DNA from: a virus
Taxonomy: Duplodnaviria; Caudoviricetes
IMG/VR virus record: IMGVR_UViG_3300032277_000051
Span: 1-30,636 of that record
Length of the DNA: 30,636 bases
Strand: one strand, 5' to 3'
Part shown: positions 1-8,344 of the stretch, one piece after another
Numbering within the stretch: the first letter of the stretch is position 1
How the letters are laid out: every line of letters begins with the position of its first letter
The notes under the pieces: generated by a model
The model's database searches: none
Told to the model about the DNA's origin: nothing
The model's input: the letters and a program-made list of their open reading frames with translations, nothing else
Made by a program: the position numbers and the translations under genes

Positions 1-192
1 CTCTGCCCATTTGTGACGATATTCTGATGCAACTGAATAATGTTTTGTTGATTGCTTTTGTAATTCAGATATCAACAGGATTGCCTCAATCAATGTCTGC
101 TGCTCATCCAAGTTCTCATTCTCACCTTTTGCTTTTATCCTCTCAAGAAGATGTTGCAACTTGACCTTTGTTGTAAGTATCTTGATATCCAT
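1..192 (-). CDS. Hypothetical protein, 3'-truncated by the window edge
   Basis: Manually translated open frame MDIKILTTKVKLQHLLERIKAKGENENLDEQQ... running off base 1; its ATG overlaps the TGA of the upstream gene (TGATG coupling at 190-194). Confidence 0.7.
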   Translation of the reverse strand, partial: MDIKILTTKVKLQHLLERIKAKGENENLDEQQTLIEAILLISELQKQSTKHYSVASEYRHKWAE

Positions 193-443
193 CAGAATGC
201 TTTTAACCCGGCTTTAATAAACATCTCTCTGTGAATAACTTTGTACTTCTGATTGATCAGTTTCTGATGCGTTACATTAAACCAATTGCCGAAATCATTA
301 AACAATCTCATCTTGTAATCAAACACCTCACATTGATTATCTGCATTCCAACTGATTGCTCTGTCAACAATCTCATAGGTCTTGCCCTGTATCAAGAAAA
401 TGCTATCCAGAGCAAAAGGTAATTTTAATCTAATATCGTTCAT
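192..443 (-). CDS. Hypothetical phage protein (83 aa)
   Basis: ORF co-oriented and tightly packed in the operon; no recognisable motif. Confidence 0.7.
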   Translation of the reverse strand: MNDIRLKLPFALDSIFLIQGKTYEIVDRAISWNADNQCEVFDYKMRLFNDFGNWFNVTHQKLINQKYKVIHREMFIKAGLKAF

Positions 444-452
444 GCTTTAAAT

Positions 453-1409
453 TTAATAAATCTTTTGGATAATCTTTTGAATGACCGCAACTGTTATTGA
501 GTTCCCTGCTTGTTTATAAAGTTGAGAATCTGAACAAACATCAGCAGCTTTAAAGAAAGCATCATCCGGAAAGTCTTGCAATCTCCAACACTCCAATGGT
601 GTTAACCTTCTGATTCTTTCTGATTCAATGAAATTATTGTATTCTCTTGAACCCTCTTTTGTATTTATGCAACTCGCAACTCCATCTCCTTTTGTTGGTT
701 TAAATTTATATCCAATATTATCACGTTCATTTACCTTGCTAAATCCCTCAATGATTTTATCAGATAAATAATATTTTGCATTCGGATTGTCTTGCAGCAT
801 ATCTCTCAATCTCAACTGCAACTGCTCTTTAATTGGAAAGCTGAACTCTCTGAAATCCTTGAACCCAACGATGAAGATTCTCTCTCTGTTCTGTGGTACT
901 CCGTAATCCTTTGTGTTGAGTACTTGAGCATAAACATGATAACCTAATCCATCATCAAACAAATCAATGCTTATCTGACCGTTTAATGTACCACCGCCAT
1001 TGGTTAGAATGTCTGTGATTGTTTGATATGTTCTGCCTTTATCGTGTGACAACAACCCTTTTACATTTTCTAAAATAAAGCATTTCGGTTGATTGATTCT
1101 AATGAACTCTGCAACATCAAAAAATAGTGTACCTCTTGCCTCATCAAATCCTTTGCGCTGACCTGCAATGCTGAATGACTGACAAGGAAACCCGGCAACA
1201 TACAAATCCAATTGCTCAACCTCTCTGTGGTCACGATTTGTAATATCATTATAGAATCTCTTTGGCTCATCGTGAATTACTGAATAAGATTGCCTTGCAT
1301 ACTTGTCAATCTCACAAGCAAATACTGATTCAAAATCAATTCCTAAATTTTTTAATGCCTGTTCTGGTGAACCAATTCCACTAAAATCTGTACCAACTTT
1401 TAATTTCAT
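453..1409 (-). CDS. DNA (cytosine-5)-methyltransferase
   Basis: C5-MTase motifs in order: DFSGIG (I), GFPCQSFS (IV, catalytic Cys), ENVKG (VI), PQNRERIF (VIII), RRLTPLEC..LQDFP (IX), YKQAGNS (X). Confidence 0.97.
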   Translation of the reverse strand: MKLKVGTDFSGIGSPEQALKNLGIDFESVFACEIDKYARQSYSVIHDEPKRFYNDITNRDHREVEQLDLYVAGFPCQSFSIAGQRKGFDEARGTLFFDVAEFIRINQPKCFILENVKGLLSHDKGRTYQTITDILTNGGGTLNGQISIDLFDDGLGYHVYAQVLNTKDYGVPQNRERIFIVGFKDFREFSFPIKEQLQLRLRDMLQDNPNAKYYLSDKIIEGFSKVNERDNIGYKFKPTKGDGVASCINTKEGSREYNNFIESERIRRLTPLECWRLQDFPDDAFFKAADVCSDSQLYKQAGNSITVAVIQKIIQKIY

Positions 1410-1426
1410 TTTGTTTTGTTTAATAA

Positions 1427-1478
1427 TTATAACACACTATAAAAACAACTACGCAATTTTTATACTACTGTTGGCAAC
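1427..1478. mobile_element. attC-like imperfect hairpin (short site)
   Basis: TATAAC-ACAC-TATAAAAA(1438-1445)-loop-TTTTTATA(1457-1464)-CTACT-GTTGGCAAC: AAC...GTT core ends enclosing an inner palindrome. Confidence 0.5.
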
Positions 1479-1483
1479 AATAA

Positions 1484-1810
1484 CTACAAATCTGCCAAAA
1501 CCTTTTTATTGTGTACTTGCTCACTTTGTTCTTTTAGATAATCTTCACAAAGTTTTTTTGCTCTTTCATTAAAATTCATTGTACCTGTTTTATAATGTTC
1601 AGAGCCACCACCATACATATATGATAATTTCATTGGGTTTATAGGATAGTTTTCTTCACCCCAAAAGCCTTCTGATATATCTATAAACAAAGTAGTATTC
1701 AACCAAAAGCAAAAAAACTTTTTCTGTAATCTTAAATTGTAGTGCTTAAAGGTTTTATCATATTTCACTTTCACCCTTAAATTATCTTGTGTTTTAATAA
1801 ATTTAGTCAT
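1484..1810 (-). CDS. Hypothetical cassette-borne protein (about 108 aa)
   Basis: AT-rich ORF; ATG at 1810 (MTKFIK...) preferred over the TTG at 1837, which lies inside the flanking repeat; bounded by 18-bp inverted repeats. Confidence 0.7.
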   Translation of the reverse strand: MTKFIKTQDNLRVKVKYDKTFKHYNLRLQKKFFCFWLNTTLFIDISEGFWGEENYPINPMKLSYMYGGGSEHYKTGTMNFNERAKKLCEDYLKEQSEQVHNKKVLADL

Positions 1811-1826
1811 TTCTAATATAGTTACA

Positions 1827-1926
1827 GTTGCCAACAATGTATAACAGTAATAAGCACAGGCAACGTTTGTGCTAAATTATGTGGTATAGTTATAGTGCTT
1901 ACTACGGTTATACAAGACCGTTAAAA
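1827..1926. mobile_element. attC-like imperfect hairpin (long site)
   Basis: GTTGCCAAC-AA-TGTATAACAGTAATAAGCAC(1838-1857)...GTGCTTACTACGGTTATACA(1895-1914)-AGACC-GTTAAAA; 18/20 inverted repeat between AAC and GTT cores. Confidence 0.65.
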
Positions 1927-2922
1927 AGGTGCATCATGCTCACCTCTGAATTTCTCTAACAATCCATTGTTCATAACCTGCATCTCTGTCTGGATTGGAA
2001 TCTGCTCATCATCTGTCAATGGCTCTGCATATTTCTTAACACCACCATTTAATATTTCAAAGTACTTGCCTTGCTTTATATCATAACTCAATGACGTTGT
2101 ACCTCTAATTCCTACAATAGCAGGTTTTGCTTTGTCAATTTTAATGTCAGAACTATGACTATCAAAATCTCTGTGAACAATCACAACAGACTTTGCATTG
2201 TTTCCCCATTCAGAACCACCTTTCAATTGATGCATATCTGGCATTATCACCTTTCCATCCTTGTCTTTCTTAGCAGTCTTTGGATGAATGATTGTGTGAA
2301 AATGTAATCCGGATGATTCAGCTAATTCATTCCTGTTACTTAGTGTTGCCTCAAGCCATTTATCTTCTCTTGAATATCCATCAGTATCGTGTTTCATGTA
2401 GTTCCAAGAATCAATAACTGCGCTGAATAACTCTAATTCATCCTTGTGTTTGACTGCATACTCCCAGAAATCTGTTGGAGTTACTTGTTTACTTCTGTTG
2501 TCTTGCTTTGGATTAAAGATTTTAAAGTAATGCAAGACCTCTGTCAGATGCCTATCAATGTCAGTTATCTCAATCCGATTCTCAATGACTTGCTTATTGC
2601 CTTCTGAATCATAATAGAACTCTTGAAATTGCTTTCCACTAAACTTGTGCAATAGTTTTGCAACAACCTCTGCATTACTACCTGCATCTGGCATATAGAT
2701 TAGATGCTTATGGTCATAGAACTCTGAACAGTTTTTCAATAACTCAAATAATAATTCTGTCTTACCACTACCGGGATAACCTGTCCAATCTGTACAACCA
2801 CCTTCTTTGATGTTGTAGTGAGATGCTAATCCTTTAAATCCACAATAGTAAACATTACCACCACCATTCTTGTAAAGGTGCAGCACCTCATCTCTGATAT
2901 CTGCTGCTTTAACTATCCCCAT
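1921..2922 (-). CDS. Replicative DNA helicase (SF4, DnaB/T7 gp4-like RecA fold)
   Basis: Walker A GYPGSGKT, Walker B AVIDSWN, IIHPK and LKGGSEW motifs; directly downstream of the initiator. Confidence 0.85.
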   Translation of the reverse strand: MGIVKAADIRDEVLHLYKNGGGNVYYCGFKGLASHYNIKEGGCTDWTGYPGSGKTELLFELLKNCSEFYDHKHLIYMPDAGSNAEVVAKLLHKFSGKQFQEFYYDSEGNKQVIENRIEITDIDRHLTEVLHYFKIFNPKQDNRSKQVTPTDFWEYAVKHKDELELFSAVIDSWNYMKHDTDGYSREDKWLEATLSNRNELAESSGLHFHTIIHPKTAKKDKDGKVIMPDMHQLKGGSEWGNNAKSVVIVHRDFDSHSSDIKIDKAKPAIVGIRGTTSLSYDIKQGKYFEILNGGVKKYAEPLTDDEQIPIQTEMQVMNNGLLEKFRGEHDAPF

Positions 2923-3590
2923 TTTCGTGCATCCTCTCTTAACTTCTTTCTGTGCGCCTCTTGTTTTTCATAGGCATCCATCTCATCTTCTTTCTTGTAT
3001 TGAATAGCATCCTTATCCCCAAACCATAACTCTGCACTATTTCTCCATACTTTCGATACTTCAAAACCTTTTTTATTTATCCAATTAAGAGAATTGTAAT
3101 AATAAAAGAACTTATCTGCGAACTCCTCAACATATCCTCTGGAATCAAAATACTGTCTGCACATTTCAATTGATGGTGAGTTGCTTTTATTAGTATCAGT
3201 TACAGTAACAGTATCAGTTACATTAACAGTATCAGTTACAGTAACAGTATCAGTTATTTTTGTTATAGCATTTTTAACATTGTTATCGTTTGTTATAACG
3301 GTGTTATCTTTTGTTATAGTCTTGTTATCCTTCCAACGTGACTGCATTCCCTTTTTACCTGCTTCACTTCGTTTCTGTTTCTGATGTTCCCAATCTTTCA
3401 AATCTCTTTTGAGTTGTCTTTTGATTGGCTCAAATGCAACAGATAGCAACACATCATCCACCTCTGGATTGTTGTCATTGGTGTAGTTAAGAATTAATTT
3501 GAATAGTTTACCTGCGACCTCATCCGGGAGTTGCTCAACCGTATGAATTAAATCACAGTAAAGTACAAATGACTTTTTATTTTCTGCCAT
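2913..3590 (-). CDS. Phage replication initiator (DUF6291-type N-terminus)
   Basis: N-terminus KKSFVLY...EQLPDEVAGKLFKLILNY, 'KRSEAGKKG' motif, central low-complexity T/V/D linker encoded by DNA repeats, position before the helicase. Confidence 0.8.
   Translation of the reverse strand: MAENKKSFVLYCDLIHTVEQLPDEVAGKLFKLILNYTNDNNPEVDDVLLSVAFEPIKRQLKRDLKDWEHQKQKRSEAGKKGMQSRWKDNKTITKDNTVITNDNNVKNAITKITDTVTVTDTVNVTDTVTVTDTNKSNSPSIEMCRQYFDSRGYVEEFADKFFYYYNSLNWINKKGFEVSKVWRNSAELWFGDKDAIQYKKEDEMDAYEKQEAHRKKLREDARKWG
3192..3328. repeat. Iteron-like repeats, candidate replication origin
   Basis: 18-bp AGTATCAGTTACA(G/T)TAAC at 3192, 3210 and 3228 plus a partial copy at 3246; then TGTTAT at 3261, 3281, 3291, 3302, 3312 and 3323. 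Confidence 0.75.
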
Positions 3591-3681
3591 TATTGTGTAT
3601 TTAAATATTGTGTATTAAAAAAAAGAATGTGGAAAGGAACACAATACAACCTATTACTGCGATGCCTCGCAAACCACATTA

Positions 3682-3712
3682 CAAAGATAATCATTCAATC
3701 AGATAACAACAA
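3682..3712 (-). promoter_or_regulatory. Bacteroidota sigmaA-type promoter for the initiator/helicase genes
   Basis: -7 element TATCTTTG (3689-3682) with TTG (3712-3710) 20 nt upstream. Confidence 0.65.
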
Positions 3713-4057
3713 TTTAACAGGCAACAAAATGCCTCTGCTTGTGTTATTATCACCACCGTTAACAATTCGCAATCCATCTGATTTGCATAACTGTTTTAAT
3801 TTAGATATATCAATCAACACTATCTGCTGATTAGACAACACAAAGCACCACCACTCTGCATGAGTTGTTGAGATGCCAGACAACTTGCCTCTGCTCTCAA
3901 ACTCAACAAATACATTCCCGGTTGCATTACCTTTGATTGCATGAAAATCAGTTTTAACTTCAATCTTACTCCCCTCTAAAATCAATATTTTAGCAATTAG
4001 ATTCTCGCCTTTGTTGCCTAATTTTAAGTCATGAGAGAAGTCATTACAGTACTTCAT
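3695..4057 (-). CDS. Putative PD-(D/E)XK-fold nuclease-like protein
   Basis: G..GE..IA helix, IEVKTD motif, and TGNVFVEFES.GK.SGISTT.AEWW segment typical of a small phage nuclease-like family. Confidence 0.55.
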   Translation of the reverse strand: MKYCNDFSHDLKLGNKGENLIAKILILEGSKIEVKTDFHAIKGNATGNVFVEFESRGKLSGISTTHAEWWCFVLSNQQIVLIDISKLKQLCKSDGLRIVNGGDNNTSRGILLPVKLLLSD

Positions 4058-4275
4058 GTCGCTGATTTATTTGATTGCCTATTAAACAACCTTCTAATTG
4101 CATAACTTCTGAAAATACTTGCTATCGTAAATACAATAGTAATGATTACATTTTGATTCAAATTAACTTCAATATCCAAAATTGGATAAATTATAATTTG
4201 AATAAAAAATGACATTGTAATGCCCACTATAGTATTAATAATGCTTTCTATTAAACTTTTTATTTTAGTCTGCAT
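4054..4275 (-). CDS. Small two-TM membrane protein (family often found next to phage methylases)
   Basis: MQTK.KSLIES..N..VG...N..IT..FT..S..RSY..RR.FN pattern, two hydrophobic helices; translationally coupled at both ends. Confidence 0.75.
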   Translation of the reverse strand: MQTKIKSLIESIINTIVGITMSFFIQIIIYPILDIEVNLNQNVIITIVFTIASIFRSYAIRRLFNRQSNKSAT

Positions 4276-6455
4276 CAGAATAGTTGTAGTACAGATTGCT
4301 TTTCATTAACACAATCTTTATGATTCTTTGCATTAATCTTGAAATAAGATTCTTTTAATTCAATTGATATGCTTTTTCTGTTCATTTTTAATGCTTGAAA
4401 ACCTTCTGAACCAACACCTCCAAATGGTGATAATACTGTTTCACCTTCATTAGAATATAAATGTATTATCCTTTCAATCGTATCTAATTGCAAAGGACAA
4501 ATATGCTTTTCATCATTTCCATCTCTGCCACTCCTGTATTGCAATGTGCGCTTATAATCCACATCCATCCATACAGGAGATGCGTATTTTTGCCATAAAT
4601 CAACAGGTAAATAATCTGCTTTGCTTTCATCTTCTGATTGATGAGTTATTGGAACTTCATTATCTCCTTCGTTTCTGAAAAATAAAATATAATCCGGAAT
4701 ACCAACTCTACTCATGCAGCTATCTTTTTTTATTGTTTTATGCAATAATCCTAATGCTTTAGTTCTCTGCATTTCAGTTACAGGATTCTTCCATATTGTA
4801 GTTTTCGCATGATAAATAAATCCCTCATTTGTAAACCAATCAATCAACATTCCAGAGAAGTCCCTCAATCCAATGAATCCCTCTTTGCCTTTTTGTATTG
4901 GTAAATCCATGCAATGAACTGCACATATTCTGCCTTTTTTCAAAGTTCTTTTTAGTTCTGGAATAAGATATTTAAAATGCTTTTCAAATTCTTTGTAATT
5001 AGACACATTGCCCATATCCTCTGCTTTATCAGAGTACACGTATAACTCTGCAAAAGGAGGAGAAAACAAAACTAAATCAGCACAATTATCTTTTAATCTT
5101 TTAGATTCTTGAACACAATCACCATTAATACAATGATAGTTTTCTGTTTTGATTTCTTTATTTTTTACAATTACATTTGACTTATTTAATTTATAATCTG
5201 TATTTGCTGAATAATTACTCATTTCTTTTATCATTGTTTTATGTTTTTGTTCTTTCTGTATTATTGTTTTCCTAACATTAATTTGGCTCTCTGGAACTAA
5301 TAAATGAACCTTCACCTTATTTAATTGTCCAAATCTATAACATCTCCTTACTGCTTGATAAAATGCTTCAAATTTAAAATCATAAGATGTAAATACCATA
5401 TTGCAACATTGCTGATAATTCATTCCAAATGATGCTATTGATGTTTTGGTTATTAAGTTTCTATATTCATTTTTTGCAAATCCATTTAAATGTTTAGACT
5501 TGTACTCTGGACTGTCTGAACCTTGAACATTTATGGAATCATCTAATACTTTTTTTAATTCATTCCCTTCATCATTTTTTAAAGTCCATATTATCCATTG
5601 CTCATTTGAGTTATTTACTAATTCAATTGTTTTATTAATCCTTGCTTTAAAACTCCTTTTTAAATCTTTGTGCAAATCAGTTGCGCTAACTGCAATATCA
5701 CCAAACAAGGACATTGTGTTGTTTTCAACAGGGATGATATGCTCAATGTATTCAATTTCTGGCAGGTTATATCCTTTAGAATCAAATCCTAATGTTTTTG
5801 GATTATCTAATGATATCGACCATGTACACACATATTTCCAAAAATCATCTTGAGCATGTTTTCTTAATCTCCATTTTGATGTTTCACCACCATCATGCAC
5901 AAAATACATCGCTAACATTTCTAAGTAACTCATTGCTCCTAAAAATTCGCTATGCTGCCCTAATTCCATATGGTCATTTGGAGATGGAGTTGCCGTACAC
6001 GCTAATTTATAAGGAGTTGATTCAAAAGTATTAATAATTAATCTGCTTAATTTGCCATCTCTGCCTTTTAGAATGCTGCTCTCATCAAGCACAACACCGG
6101 AATAAATACTGCAATCTATATTTTTCAATTGGTCATAGTTGGTTATATCGAAAGCATCTTGATTAATATTAAACTTTATAGATTCTAATTTAGTCTGATT
6201 AACAACTGCTAATGGAGCAAGAACTAATACCTTCTTTTTTGTTTTATTATATACTTGCTCACACCATGATAGCTGCATTAGTGTTTTGCCTAATCCACAA
6301 TCTGCAAATATTGCAAACCTGCCTTTTTTTAGTGCTATTTTGACTATATGTTTTTGAAAGTCAAAAAGACTACTGTTTAAATTATCTTCATCTATATCGA
6401 ATCCAGATGATATAAATTTCTTTTTCTTATTTTTTAAAAAATTATCGTATTTCAT
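4275..6455 (-). CDS. SNF2-like helicase fused to an amino (N4-C/N6-A) DNA methyltransferase
   Basis: N-half: DCGLGKT, LDESS, TATP, QAVRRCYRFGQ. C-half: FSPPF catalytic motif, HICPLQ and SPFGGVGS SAM-binding motif (beta-class order). Confidence 0.92.
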   Translation of the reverse strand: MKYDNFLKNKKKKFISSGFDIDEDNLNSSLFDFQKHIVKIALKKGRFAIFADCGLGKTLMQLSWCEQVYNKTKKKVLVLAPLAVVNQTKLESIKFNINQDAFDITNYDQLKNIDCSIYSGVVLDESSILKGRDGKLSRLIINTFESTPYKLACTATPSPNDHMELGQHSEFLGAMSYLEMLAMYFVHDGGETSKWRLRKHAQDDFWKYVCTWSISLDNPKTLGFDSKGYNLPEIEYIEHIIPVENNTMSLFGDIAVSATDLHKDLKRSFKARINKTIELVNNSNEQWIIWTLKNDEGNELKKVLDDSINVQGSDSPEYKSKHLNGFAKNEYRNLITKTSIASFGMNYQQCCNMVFTSYDFKFEAFYQAVRRCYRFGQLNKVKVHLLVPESQINVRKTIIQKEQKHKTMIKEMSNYSANTDYKLNKSNVIVKNKEIKTENYHCINGDCVQESKRLKDNCADLVLFSPPFAELYVYSDKAEDMGNVSNYKEFEKHFKYLIPELKRTLKKGRICAVHCMDLPIQKGKEGFIGLRDFSGMLIDWFTNEGFIYHAKTTIWKNPVTEMQRTKALGLLHKTIKKDSCMSRVGIPDYILFFRNEGDNEVPITHQSEDESKADYLPVDLWQKYASPVWMDVDYKRTLQYRSGRDGNDEKHICPLQLDTIERIIHLYSNEGETVLSPFGGVGSEGFQALKMNRKSISIELKESYFKINAKNHKDCVNEKQSVLQLF

Positions 6456-6468
6456 TTGTTTTGTTTTA

Positions 6469-6864
6469 TTATTTAATTGATTGCCTCTCCTGTTTCAAGT
6501 TGCTTATCTTAATGTTGAGATTCTGATTGATATTATTCAACTGCTCTAATAACATTTTGATACGTCTGTAATTACTCTCTGCTTGTTTCTCTTTTGAGTA
6601 TCTATCTGAATCAACATAAAACATCTCTCTGGCTTTGCCAATTGGCTCTGTTGTTTCACTCATATACTTGCCGAAATCAACCTTTCTTGCAACCTCTCTT
6701 GCACAATAAATTGAATGCAATTCTGCACAATGCTCTGCAAGATAATAACCATAAGCACCAATCTCTGTTTGTAATTCAATGAGTTGATTAATGTCGGTTG
6801 ATGCAGCTTTCACTAAATCAACCAACACCTCAACCCTTGAAATATCAATGAACAAATCCCTCAT
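6469..6864 (-). CDS. Hypothetical helical/coiled-coil protein
   Basis: 131-aa ORF coupled to the SSB-like gene; C-terminal heptad pattern. Confidence 0.75.
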   Translation of the reverse strand: MRDLFIDISRVEVLVDLVKAASTDINQLIELQTEIGAYGYYLAEHCAELHSIYCAREVARKVDFGKYMSETTEPIGKAREMFYVDSDRYSKEKQAESNYRRIKMLLEQLNNINQNLNIKISNLKQERQSIK

Positions 6865-7211
6865 CAGAAAGGTAAACCATCTGATGGCTCTGCTGAATCA
6901 ACAACAGGTGCATCTTGTTTCAACCCGGTGAACTGCTCAACGTCTGCTTTAAACACTTTCCATGCAGTTAGATTTACATAGTATTTATCTTTGTATTCAG
7001 AACCTCTGATGTTGAAATCAACCTCAACTGCATCACCTACTTTATTGTATTTAAGAAACTGCTCTGCTTTCTCTTTGACAATATCGAACTTCACATCTTG
7101 TGGATACTTCTCATTTGTTGTCAATATAAACTCCACTTTTTGGAATCCAGAATCAAACGTTATTAATTCGCCTATCTGCTTGATAGTACCTGTACATTTT
7201 AACTCACTCAT
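6864..7211 (-). CDS. DUF3127-family OB-fold protein, probable ssDNA-binding protein
   Basis: FQKVEF..T.EKYPQ.V.F...VGD.V.V.FNIRG.EY..KYY.NL.AWK plus acidic tail ending DGLPF. Confidence 0.85.
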   Translation of the reverse strand: MSELKCTGTIKQIGELITFDSGFQKVEFILTTNEKYPQDVKFDIVKEKAEQFLKYNKVGDAVEVDFNIRGSEYKDKYYVNLTAWKVFKADVEQFTGLKQDAPVVDSAEPSDGLPF

Positions 7212-7212
7212 T

Positions 7213-7950
7213 TTATTTGGTTTTATTTATTTGTAAATCATTTAATATGTTATCAATATAACCTCTGCACTCAATCACTCGCTGATTAATCTGCTCAATC
7301 ACTTCATCATCTCGCTTGATGTCAAACACTTTGATTCTGTGTTTATTATCAATGTTGTCGTAATTGTAATCTTTTGCAAATGAATTGTAACTATAATCCT
7401 CTGCAAATTCATCCTCTGCAAATTCGTCATAATCAATATCATCAGAGAATTTATAATCTCTCCTAATCAATGATTCTGGAGTATTCATCAAGGTGTAAAT
7501 CAACTTGTAATGCTTTGCTCCTGTGAGATTTAAATATCCTTGTGCTTGATAATAATAATCTTTGTTAGGCACATCATCACAGAACAAAGGAAAGGTTGAG
7601 AAATCCCATGAATTTTTTACATCAATAACCAAATCACTATCAGCAAATTTTAAATCCTCACCTTTGATAATTAAATCCGGTGTGCCTGTCATGTACTCAT
7701 CTGTGAAAAACATTTCATTCTTGACTAATCCTTTCATCCCCAAATACTGTGAGATAAATTTGATTGAATCATTCTCACACATATTGCCCTTGTCAAGATA
7801 CTTGGATTTTATACGCTTTCTCCTGTCGTATATTTTCTCCTTAATCCACAAGTCAAGATATGATTGTGTTGTCTTGCTCAACTCACCCTTCTTTCTTGAG
7901 TTAGTCATTATCTGCCCAATGGCAGAACATCTAATTTTAAATGGAATCAT
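7213..7950 (-). CDS. YqaJ/lambda-exonuclease-like recombination nuclease
   Basis: IRCSAIG, KGN.CE, GTPD, DVKNSW and YYYQAQGY motifs. Confidence 0.85.
   Translation of the reverse strand: MIPFKIRCSAIGQIMTNSRKKGELSKTTQSYLDLWIKEKIYDRRKRIKSKYLDKGNMCENDSIKFISQYLGMKGLVKNEMFFTDEYMTGTPDLIIKGEDLKFADSDLVIDVKNSWDFSTFPLFCDDVPNKDYYYQAQGYLNLTGAKHYKLIYTLMNTPESLIRRDYKFSDDIDYDEFAEDEFAEDYSYNSFAKDYNYDNIDNKHRIKVFDIKRDDEVIEQINQRVIECRGYIDNILNDLQINKTK
7396..7425. repeat. Perfect 15-bp in-frame tandem duplication
   Basis: ATCCTCTGCAAATTC twice, encoding EFAED-EFAED in the exonuclease. Confidence 0.9.
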
Positions 7951-8333
7951 TTGCTGCCTCCTCTCTTGAAATCATCTGCTTCATCTTCACCAAATACTTG
8001 CAAGGAGTAGAATCCTGTAAGTTTCAATACTGCTCTGCTCATGGCTCTCTTTTCTGCCATAGCAACCGGATAACTGTTTGATGTGTTTGATGGTGAGGCC
8101 TCGCCAAATGTTTCAATACTTACATCATCCATCTTTGCGAATGCTTGAATGATAATGTGTTTTGTATCTTCTGAATTGAATTGCAGTTTGTAGTTGATTT
8201 CAATACCTGCTGCTGCTTGAATTTTATCAATGCCAGACCTTGTGATTATTGTATAAAATTTATGCTTAAAATAATCATCTGTTGTTAGGCTGTACTTTTG
8301 ATACAACGCATTTAATTTTACTGGATTTGTCAT
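7947..8333 (-). CDS. Putative ssDNA-annealing protein (Rad52/Erf-like fold)
   Basis: TFGEA...YPVAMAEKRAMSRAVLKLTG...EDEADDF motif; adjacent to the exonuclease and SSB genes. Confidence 0.6.
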   Translation of the reverse strand: MTNPVKLNALYQKYSLTTDDYFKHKFYTIITRSGIDKIQAAAGIEINYKLQFNSEDTKHIIIQAFAKMDDVSIETFGEASPSNTSNSYPVAMAEKRAMSRAVLKLTGFYSLQVFGEDEADDFKRGGSK

Positions 8334-8344
8334 GTTGTTTTGTT

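Noticed and set aside
1469-1836. IS element or MITE, given the terminal inverted repeats
   Set aside because: The ORF has no transposase motifs and no target-site duplication is evident; the flanking AAC...GTT hairpins fit a cassette better.
3192-3256. Possible CRISPR or mini-array
   Set aside because: Repeats are head-to-tail with no spacers and lie in frame inside the initiator gene; no cas genes.
453-4057. Complete type II restriction-modification pair (C5-MTase plus nuclease at 3695-4057)
   Set aside because: The genes are separated by the replication genes, and the 120-aa protein is small for a REase; an orphan methylase is more parsimonious.
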